A program made the position numbers and the translations under genes. A DNA stretch of 64,000 nucleotides. It comes from Candidatus Levyibacteriota bacterium. Lineage in GTDB: Bacteria > Patescibacteriota > Microgenomatia > Levybacterales > UBA12049. Every line of letters begins with the position of its first letter. Positions within the stretch are counted from its first letter, which is position 1. Location of the stretch: NCBI GenBank assembly GCA_029260905.1, contig JAJDCH010000016.1, forward strand, positions 2,985 through 66,984. Reading direction: 5' to 3'. Below the pieces are notes generated by a model that saw nothing but the letters and a program-made list of their open reading frames with translations, was not told where the DNA came from and made no database searches. Below are positions 56,923 through 64,000 of this stretch, piece by piece.

Positions 56923-58011
56923 ATGATTGAAAAAAGTTATTGGTTGGGGTTTTCTGCATTTTCTGGCATTGGGCCAGGAAAGTTTGGAAAATTATTGGAA
57001 GAGTTTGGTTCTGCTGAAAAAGCATGGGGTGCAGATTCTAAAAGCTTGGAAAAGATGCTTGGCAAAGCGCTGACCCCCAAATTTATAGAATTCCGGAAAA
57101 AATTTTCTATCCCAAATTACGAAAATGAGCTCAAAAAAGCCAAAGTTAGCTATTTAATACTTGGAGACAAAGATTACCCAAAGCTTCTTAAGAAGATAAA
57201 AAAGCCTCCGTTTGTTTTGTATGTCAAAGGTAAGTTTGATTTTAACTCTGAAGAGAACGAGCGCTCAATTGCGATTGTAGGGACGCGGAAAATAACAGAA
57301 TATGGAAAGTCTGTGACTGAGAGCTTGACGGCTGATCTAGTAAATGCTGGATTTGTAATTGTTTCAGGGCTAGCACTAGGTGTAGATGCTACGGCTCATA
57401 GAACAACCCTTGGCAACCAGGGCAAGACTATAGCGGTTTTGGGTTGTGGTGTTGATTGTGTTTCTCCACGGGAGAATACAGCTCTTTATAATAGTATTAT
57501 TGAGAATAAAGGAGTTATTTTGTCTGAAGTGCCACTTGGTGAGCCTCCTAGTAAGGGTTCTTTTCCTTCCAGAAACAGAATCATTGCTGGGCTTTCACGA
57601 GCTGTGATTGTAACCGAGGGCGCATCAGGCAGCGGCGCTCTCTATACAGCTGAGGATGCGCTGGCTGCTAATAGACCTGTTTTTGCAGTGCCTGGACCAA
57701 TTACGTCCAGTCTTTCTAAAGGGCCAAATAGCTTGATAGCAAAAGGCGCGAAGCTGATTTCTTCGGCAAAAGATGTTGTTGATGATTTAGGATTTATGAT
57801 TAAAGATTTAAGCAGAACTGCTAAGAACCTAAGGGGAGAGACGAAAGAGGAACAGAAGATTATTGATTTGTTGATGAATGAAAATCTACATTTTGATGAG
57901 ATCGCGAAACGAACAGGAATTAAGTCATCAAAACTAGGAACTGTTTTGAGTATGATGGAGATGAAAAGCGTCTTGAAGGCATATGACGGTGGAGAATTTG
58001 GGTTAGTCTGA
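56923..58011 (+). CDS. dprA: DNA processing protein A (DprA/Smf)
   Basis: 362 aa. Rossmann-like core IAIVGTRKITEYG...VIVSGLALGVDATAH...VLGCGVD...GLSRAVIVTEG and a C-terminal wHTH-like tail. Confidence 0.85.
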   Translation: MIEKSYWLGFSAFSGIGPGKFGKLLEEFGSAEKAWGADSKSLEKMLGKALTPKFIEFRKKFSIPNYENELKKAKVSYLILGDKDYPKLLKKIKKPPFVLYVKGKFDFNSEENERSIAIVGTRKITEYGKSVTESLTADLVNAGFVIVSGLALGVDATAHRTTLGNQGKTIAVLGCGVDCVSPRENTALYNSIIENKGVILSEVPLGEPPSKGSFPSRNRIIAGLSRAVIVTEGASGSGALYTAEDALAANRPVFAVPGPITSSLSKGPNSLIAKGAKLISSAKDVVDDLGFMIKDLSRTAKNLRGETKEEQKIIDLLMNENLHFDEIAKRTGIKSSKLGTVLSMMEMKSVLKAYDGGEFGLV

Positions 58012-58048
58012 GTTGACACCTGTAGCAGTCTAATCTACTCTAATAATA

Positions 58049-59752
58049 GTGAATAGATTAAGCACACTTTTGAGGAATAAAAGAAGCCTCGTAGGAGTTC
58101 TGGTAATTGTTTTTTTGATAGTTACCATTTTTATTATTGGAAATGGTTCTTTTGATGTTTCTAGAGATAAAAATGTTCCCATCCCAACTCCGACTCTTAT
58201 CCCGGGAGAAGATTATGTCTTAGGACAGATTGTGGTGAAGTTCAAAGAGGGTACTACTGATGAGGAGATAAATGGAAAAATTAGTAAATATGGCGCAAGG
58301 GTAAAATCAAAAATTGAAGGGGTTGGGGCTGTGGTGATAGAGGTTCCAGAGGGAAAGGAGCAGGAGATATGGGAAGAGCTATCCAGGGATAGCGATGTTG
58401 AATATTCTGAGCCTGATCCAATCTTTAAAATTCAATCAATACCAAATGATACAAATTTTGATAAGCAGTGGGGTTTATCAAATGTCGGACAGAAGATAGA
58501 AAATAGCAGAGGAGTTCCAGGTGTAGATATTAATGTTGTTGATGCATGGGATATAACAAAAGGGAGTGGTGTAAAGGTGGCGATTGTTGATAGTGGTATT
58601 GATGCAAGTCATCCTGATCTTTTAGGTAAAACAGTAATGGAAAGATCTTTTGCGACGAGTACAGCTCAGGACAGAATCGGTCATGGTACTCACATTGCAG
58701 GCATAATTGCAGCAAAAATAAACAATAATGATGGGGTTGCAGGTGTGTGTCCTGACTGCAGTCTCATTGTTGCAAAGGTTGTGGATGAAAATGGTTCAGC
58801 AATTGGATCATCTGTTTTCAATGGAATTACATGGGCAGCAGATAGCGGAGCAAAAGTGATAAATATAAGTATGGTAACAGTATCAACTTCCCAAACTTTG
58901 GAGAATGTTATAAATCATGCATGGAATAAGGGGGCTGTGATTGTGGCTGCTGCCGGAAATGCTGGAAATTCAACAAAGCTTTACCCTGCAGGGCTTTCAA
59001 ATGTTATTTCAGTTGCAAATATAAACAATAGGGGAGATAGATTTTCCAATTCGAGTTATGGAGGTTGGGTTGACATAGCAGCTCCAGGCGCAGATATCTA
59101 CTCAACTCTTCCGACAAGATCTTATCATTTTCAAAATGTTTATAAAACTTCCTTGAATTATGATTATCTTTCAGGAACATCTCAAGCATCCCCTCATGTT
59201 GCGGGTGTTGCGGCTCTTATCTGGTCAACCAAATATGGCACCTCCAATCAAGCAGTTGTTGATAGGTTGTTTGCAACAGCAGATAAGATATCAGGAACAG
59301 GAACTTATTGGAAGTATGGCAGAGTAAATGCCTTTATGGCTGTAAGAAATGATCCTGTTATTCCAACTACCATCCCAACTATCGTGCCAATACCCACTTT
59401 GACTAAGCCACCTGTAAGCGGTGTGGTGCCTACTCATTATTGTCTTGGATCATGTCCTGGTCCAACTGATCCGGTGGTAACATTGGAGCCAACCCTCGCC
59501 CCTGGAAAACCGTCTCCAACATTTGGTCCAACACCTATTATCCGTTGCCTGGGTCTATGTCCAGAGGAACCAACACCTACAGTTTCTCCATCAACTCAGT
59601 CAAAATCAGGATCAGGTAGCACGAACTCATCTGGAGGTGGAGCTGATCAAGGCTCTGTTAGAAGAGCGATATATGAGAGTATAAATAAGATGTTTGAAGA
59701 GCTAAACAAACAATTTCCGTTTTTGAATCTGCAACCTCTGTTGATTCCTTGA
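58049..59752 (+). CDS. Secreted subtilisin-like serine protease (S8 family) with a Pro-rich, Cys-pair-containing C-terminal tail
   Basis: 567 aa. N-terminal TM/signal. D (VAIVDSGIDASH), H (HGTHIAGIIAA) and S (GTSQASPHVAG). The tail contains HYCLGSCPGP and IRCLGLCPEEP. Confidence 0.9.
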   Translation: MNRLSTLLRNKRSLVGVLVIVFLIVTIFIIGNGSFDVSRDKNVPIPTPTLIPGEDYVLGQIVVKFKEGTTDEEINGKISKYGARVKSKIEGVGAVVIEVPEGKEQEIWEELSRDSDVEYSEPDPIFKIQSIPNDTNFDKQWGLSNVGQKIENSRGVPGVDINVVDAWDITKGSGVKVAIVDSGIDASHPDLLGKTVMERSFATSTAQDRIGHGTHIAGIIAAKINNNDGVAGVCPDCSLIVAKVVDENGSAIGSSVFNGITWAADSGAKVINISMVTVSTSQTLENVINHAWNKGAVIVAAAGNAGNSTKLYPAGLSNVISVANINNRGDRFSNSSYGGWVDIAAPGADIYSTLPTRSYHFQNVYKTSLNYDYLSGTSQASPHVAGVAALIWSTKYGTSNQAVVDRLFATADKISGTGTYWKYGRVNAFMAVRNDPVIPTTIPTIVPIPTLTKPPVSGVVPTHYCLGSCPGPTDPVVTLEPTLAPGKPSPTFGPTPIIRCLGLCPEEPTPTVSPSTQSKSGSGSTNSSGGGADQGSVRRAIYESINKMFEELNKQFPFLNLQPLLIP

Positions 59753-59854
59753 TGATTGACACATGCCATAGTGATTGTTATATTGTCCTATTGCTGAATG
59801 GCTTTACTTTTTCTGATAACAATGTAACAATTTAGCAATGCAATATATAGAATT

Positions 59855-61942
59855 ATGAAAAGTTTAGTAATTGTAGAATCACCAACCAAAGCGCGTACCA
59901 TTAGTAAATTTTTGGGACAAGATTTTGATATCAAATTTTCGATGGGGCATATTATGGATTTGCCCAAAAGTCGCATGGCAATTGATATTGAGAATGACTT
60001 TACTCCTCAATACGAAGTAATTGCGGATAAGAAAAAACTGATTTCTGAGCTGAAATCACTTGCGGAAAAAGCAGATAGCATCGTTTTAGCAACTGATCCA
60101 GATCGTGAGGGTGAGGCAATTGCATCGCACATCAAAGAGGTGCTCGTCAAAAATCAAAAATCAAAAATCAAAGAGCAAAAATTTAAGCGGGTTGTCTTTC
60201 ATGAGATTACCAAGGATGCGATAGCTGAGGCATTTAAACACCCAAGAGGTGTGGATGAAAATTTGGTTGATGCTCAAACTGCAAGAAGAGTTTTGGATCG
60301 TTTGGTTGGTTACGAACTCTCACCTGTTCTTTGGCGAAAAGTCCGGCGTGGTCTTTCAGCAGGGCGCGTGCAGTCTGTGGCACTCAGAATGATAGTTGAG
60401 CGGGAGCGAGAGATTGAGAATTTCGCCAAGAGTAAGTATTTTACAATTCATGCGCTTTTGAATAAGCAAAAAGTAATAAGCAATAAACAACAAGAAGAAA
60501 CGGAGTTTGAGCTTTTTGAAATAAATGGGAAGAAAATTGAGTCCAAAGAGACAATTAGTCTTTATGATGGAGAATATACTTTTAGTAAAACAACAATCAA
60601 TAAAAAAGAAGAAGCAGAAAAAATAGTTGCAGAGCTAAATAATTCTGATTTTAAAGTATCAGGTGTTACCTCCAGGCAGTCAAAAAGATCGCCATTGCCA
60701 CCCTATACTACTTCAACTCTTCAGCAGGATGCCAGTAGGCGTTTTGGTTTGTCGGGAAAACGTACTATGAGTCTTGCTCAGAAGCTCTATGAAGAAGGTT
60801 TTATTACTTATCATAGAACAGATTCAATAGCTATCTCAAATCAGGCAATAAAAATGATTAGAAATTTTGCAGAAAAAGAGTTTGGTAGTAAGTATTTGCC
60901 AAGTGGTCCCAGGGTATTCAAGGGAAAGCAAAAAAACGCGCAAGAGGCGCATGAGGCAATCAGGATCACAGATGTCAATCGTCAGTTGTCAGACGTTAGT
61001 GGCGTTCTGGGTGCTGATTATGCAAAACTGTATGGGCTGATTTGGAATAAGGCAGTTGCATCGCAAATGGCTGATGCGCTGATTGAGTCAACAAGCGTAG
61101 TTGTTGATTCTTTTTCTAAGAATCATGAATCAGGAACCAAGGACGATTATAAATTGAGGGCTGCTGGATCAGTTTTGTTGTTTGACGGATTTTTACGTCT
61201 TACGCCTGAGGCGCTCAAAGACAACAAGCTTCCCAAGTTTGAATCAGGCGAGTTATTAAATAAAAAAGATATTTTTTCAACTCCCCATGAAACCGCTCCA
61301 CCTCCTAGATACAACGATGCATCGCTAATAAAGACTTTGGAGGAAAAAGGAATTGGCAGACCATCTACCTATGCGTCAATCATTTCTACGCTAACTGACA
61401 GATCTTATATAGAGCGAGTTGAAAAGAGATTTGAGCCAACACCAATTGGCGCATCGGTTAATGATTTTTTGGTTTTGAATTTTGCCAATATTGATGACAT
61501 ACCTTTTACTGCAGAGATGGAGGAGAATCTTGATGCTGTTGCGGGAGGCAAGAAGCAGTGGGAGGTAATGATGAAGGATTTTTATGGACCATTTAAAGAA
61601 AACATCAAAAAGGCAGAAGGTTCAGATCGGGTTGCAATCGCAGTTGAGCAGACAAATGAATCATGTCCAGAGTGTGGGAAGCCTCTTATAATCAGGCATG
61701 GGAAATTTGGGAAATTTTTTTCTTGTAGCGGATTCCCTGATTGTAAATTCACCAAGTCTTTTACTGAGGAGACAGATGTGTTGTGTCCAAAAGACGGGGG
61801 AAAAGTGATAATCCGCAAGACCCGTAAAGGACGAAAATTTTATGGCTGCGCCAACTATCCCAAATGCGAATTCGCTGCCTGGAAGCTGGAGGATGTGAAA
61901 CAAAATCCAAAAGGCAAAAATCAAAATGCAAAAGGTGAGTAA
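59855..61942 (+). CDS. topA: DNA topoisomerase I
   Basis: 695 aa. Toprim N-terminus (MKSLVIVESPTKARTISKFLG). Catalytic Tyr region. Two C-terminal C4 zinc ribbons (CPECGKPLIIRHGKFGKFFSCSGFPDC, CPKDGGKVIIRKTRKGRKFYGCANYPKC). Confidence 0.95.
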   Translation: MKSLVIVESPTKARTISKFLGQDFDIKFSMGHIMDLPKSRMAIDIENDFTPQYEVIADKKKLISELKSLAEKADSIVLATDPDREGEAIASHIKEVLVKNQKSKIKEQKFKRVVFHEITKDAIAEAFKHPRGVDENLVDAQTARRVLDRLVGYELSPVLWRKVRRGLSAGRVQSVALRMIVEREREIENFAKSKYFTIHALLNKQKVISNKQQEETEFELFEINGKKIESKETISLYDGEYTFSKTTINKKEEAEKIVAELNNSDFKVSGVTSRQSKRSPLPPYTTSTLQQDASRRFGLSGKRTMSLAQKLYEEGFITYHRTDSIAISNQAIKMIRNFAEKEFGSKYLPSGPRVFKGKQKNAQEAHEAIRITDVNRQLSDVSGVLGADYAKLYGLIWNKAVASQMADALIESTSVVVDSFSKNHESGTKDDYKLRAAGSVLLFDGFLRLTPEALKDNKLPKFESGELLNKKDIFSTPHETAPPPRYNDASLIKTLEEKGIGRPSTYASIISTLTDRSYIERVEKRFEPTPIGASVNDFLVLNFANIDDIPFTAEMEENLDAVAGGKKQWEVMMKDFYGPFKENIKKAEGSDRVAIAVEQTNESCPECGKPLIIRHGKFGKFFSCSGFPDCKFTKSFTEETDVLCPKDGGKVIIRKTRKGRKFYGCANYPKCEFAAWKLEDVKQNPKGKNQNAKGE

Positions 61943-61951
61943 AAGTTAAAA

Positions 61952-62410
61952 TTATTCTACTGGACACGCTGCGAATTCGCAGTTTGGGGGGAATCTACCT
62001 ACATATGATCCATCAGGGCAGAGTTTGGCATCAAGTGTGCAGGCTACCTGCTCTTCGGGTGGGATTTCTGAGGATATATTTGGAGTAGGAGAAGCGCTTG
62101 GATTGGGAACTGTCTGAATTTCTTCCACGAAATGCGCGCCATCATCAGTCATACATTGCCGAGGGTATGATTCCATCACGGGATTGCCAGCTGCCACACA
62201 TTCATCAAAGCTTTTAATTGTATTTCCTGTGATCACATTTCGTTCATGATCCCCTAGGCTTTTCTGGTACTCCATTCCTGCGAAGAAGCCGGCAATAGGA
62301 AAGGTGATGAATAGGAGCAGGGCAAGAAGTTTGGAAAAAGGGGTGATAGTGATAAGTGATTTTGGCAGTGGCATATGTCTAAGTATTTCACTATTAACAA
62401 AAAAAATCAA
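61952..62410 (-). CDS. Small secreted or membrane-anchored Cys-containing hypothetical protein
   Basis: 152 aa. N-terminal TM/signal (LLALLLFITFPIAGFFAG). Six Cys in the soluble part. PSASPTPN linker. Confidence 0.4.
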   Translation of the reverse strand: MIFFVNSEILRHMPLPKSLITITPFSKLLALLLFITFPIAGFFAGMEYQKSLGDHERNVITGNTIKSFDECVAAGNPVMESYPRQCMTDDGAHFVEEIQTVPNPSASPTPNISSEIPPEEQVACTLDAKLCPDGSYVGRFPPNCEFAACPVE

Positions 62411-62465
62411 TACTTATTACTTAATACAATAGCCTGCAATAGCGGGAAAATGTAGAAAATTAGCC

Positions 62466-63065
62466 ATGGGAAATGCAGGTTTTGGGAGATACAATAATTA
62501 TTGTATAATTGCTCTTGTGAAGAAACTTGATGCCAAGAGTCTGCGACTAAGTACGCATGATCCAGAGGAGTATAAAAAGATCAGGAAAAATCCGATATAT
62601 ATAATAGTAGATAACGTGCTTGATACCTACAATATCGGCGCGATTTTCCGCCTTGCGGATGCTGTTGCTGCTGAGCGCGTAATTCTCTGTGCAGGATCTG
62701 AGACCCCGCCAAATCATAGGATAAAAAAGGCAAGTATCAATACCACAGAATGGGTAGCTTGGGAATATTTTCCAACTGCGATTGAGGCAATTAAGGACCT
62801 AAGATCCAAAGTCAAAGATCTCCAGGTAGTGGCGGTTGAGCTAGACAGTCGAAGTATGCCTTATGACAAGATTGATTACAAATCTCCTGTTGCAGTGGTG
62901 GTTGGGCATGAGACGGATGGGGTATCTGAGGATGTTTTGAAGGAAGCAGATTATATCGCAGAGCTACCGATGTATGGAATAAATATTAGCCTTAATGTCA
63001 TGGTAAGTCTTGGGATAGTACTTTATGAAGTAGTTAAAGGGTTAGGGTTGAAGCGTAAGGGGTGA
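62466..63065 (+). CDS. SpoU/TrmH-family RNA 2'-O-methyltransferase
   Basis: 199 aa. NIGAIFRLADA...VVGHETDGVSEDVL...ELPMYGINISLNVMVSLGIVLYE matches SPOUT motifs I-III. Confidence 0.8.
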   Translation: MGNAGFGRYNNYCIIALVKKLDAKSLRLSTHDPEEYKKIRKNPIYIIVDNVLDTYNIGAIFRLADAVAAERVILCAGSETPPNHRIKKASINTTEWVAWEYFPTAIEAIKDLRSKVKDLQVVAVELDSRSMPYDKIDYKSPVAVVVGHETDGVSEDVLKEADYIAELPMYGINISLNVMVSLGIVLYEVVKGLGLKRKG

Positions 63066-63141
63066 AATTTATTTTTATGCTTTTAGCTGGTTTGCTTTTG
63101 GTAAGTAAAAAATTGAGTAAATTTGAGAAAAAGAATGAGAA

Positions 63142-64000
63142 TTAGTTCTTCTCGTGGCGCATCAGAAATTCCCAAGCTATTTCTGTGGCATTGATCTCAT
63201 TACTTACTCGTCCGATAAGTAGAACTGGCAGGTATTGAGTGCCCTGTGGCCAAGTGTGTCCCCCTCCGACAATGCGATATAAAATAGCTTCTAAATCATC
63301 ATCTCCCTTGACGCTCCAGCGTTCAACGGTTGTGCCATCATCTGGATCAGTATCTTGAAGGTTGGTTTTTTCATAGTCTTGGGTTTTGCCACCAATTTGT
63401 TCGCTCCAAAAGGCAAATGCATCTTCAACAGCTATGGTGCGAGCACCAGTTAGAAAATACTCAGTCAGCTTCACATCTCCTCCTTGATATGGGATTATTG
63501 GATCATCTGTTCCGTTGATCATCATAACCGATACGGGTGTAGAGGGTTGGCAGCTTGAGTAGACATCTTCAGGAATTGATGCAACTATCATGACGCCTGC
63601 AGCAATTTGTTCTGAGCGTTCACAAATCATGCGTGATACCATTTGACCACCATTTGATGCGCCGACAAAATATATTTTTTTTGGATCTACAGAATAGGTA
63701 TCTACAATCTGATTTAAGAGAGTTGTTAAAAATCCAACATCATCAGCAGTTGATCTGCGCTCTCCAACATTGCCATCATTCCATTTATTGTCTAGACCAT
63801 TTGGATAAATGAGTATTGCTCGGTCTTTATTTGCAAGTGGTGGGAAGGTATGTTTGGTAATTCTATCAATTTTTTCAGCATCTTGCCCTCCTCCATGGAG
63901 AAAGAAAACCACAGGATATTGGTCTCTACGAGGATTGTATCTGTATGGCAGACGGAGTTTGTATGTCCTGTTTTCACCATCGTAGTTTATTTCTTTTTCT
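63142..64000 (-). CDS. Alpha/beta-hydrolase esterase of the PHB-depolymerase family, 5' end outside the window
   Basis: GxSxG nucleophile elbow (GASNGGQM) and HGGG oxyanion motif. The ORF-track GTG start at 63912 is an artefact. The in-frame upstream reading (…YKLRLPYRYNPRRDQYPVVFFLHGGG) continues to the window edge without a stop. Confidence 0.65.
   Translation of the reverse strand, partial: EKEINYDGENRTYKLRLPYRYNPRRDQYPVVFFLHGGGQDAEKIDRITKHTFPPLANKDRAILIYPNGLDNKWNDGNVGERRSTADDVGFLTTLLNQIVDTYSVDPKKIYFVGASNGGQMVSRMICERSEQIAAGVMIVASIPEDVYSSCQPSTPVSVMMINGTDDPIIPYQGGDVKLTEYFLTGARTIAVEDAFAFWSEQIGGKTQDYEKTNLQDTDPDDGTTVERWSVKGDDDLEAILYRIVGGGHTWPQGTQYLPVLLIGRVSNEINATEIAWEFLMRHEKN

Overview
This window is AT-rich, gene-dense bacterial chromosome read with the standard genetic code. 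Gene content is consistent with a small-genome Patescibacteria/CPR-like lineage: extended ribosomal and NusG proteins, two mreB copies, no visible fatty-acid synthesis genes, and many secreted subtilisins with Pro/Thr linkers. That placement is inference only.

Housekeeping content, in order:
- An F-type ATP synthase operon with b, delta, alpha, gamma, beta and epsilon, but no canonical a or c subunit.
- mreB, a WecG/TagA glycosyltransferase, a hexokinase-family kinase, SemiSWEET, archaeal-type PEP carboxylase and a class V aminotransferase.
- The secE-nusG ... rplK-rplA-rplJ-rplL cluster, interrupted by a 539-aa unknown gene.
- galU, a PAP2 phosphatase, a peptidoglycan amidase, a GT2 glycosyltransferase and guaA.
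- A tRNA cluster (Trp, Thr, Thr, Tyr) with rpmG, a thiXYZ-like ABC transporter with thiamine pyrophosphokinase, an M50 protease, rpmB, def-fmt, and an O-antigen-ligase/TPR membrane protein.
- A second mreB followed by mreC, mreD and mrdA, then dprA, topA, a SpoU methyltransferase and a partial esterase.

The most notable loci:
1. 55.4-56.9 kb: three copies of a palindromic ACGATCGTC-N9-TGTGTA operator/promoter module. They surround a small wHTH gene and a membrane-anchored wHTH + Cas2-fold (PaaX_C-like) gene, and lie upstream of dprA.
2. 34.9-37.4 kb: a CFA-synthase-family methyltransferase plus a DWF1-like FAD oxidoreductase. The pair resembles the TmsB/TmsA (BfaB/BfaA) 10-methyl fatty-acid pathway.
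3. 30.1-34.8 kb: tandem near-identical S8 proteases, plus three copies of a novel ~100-aa C-terminal domain (one fused, two free-standing).
4. 48.8-50.3 kb: 32-bp perfect direct repeats bracket a single unknown gene that itself contains a ~110-bp internal duplication.
5. Window-wide: 7-nt tandem repeats and an ATAAGTGATAAGT repeat family recur inside coding sequence and in spacers.
6. The atp operon lacks atpB/atpE and has a peculiar c-subunit-like fusion gene in their place.
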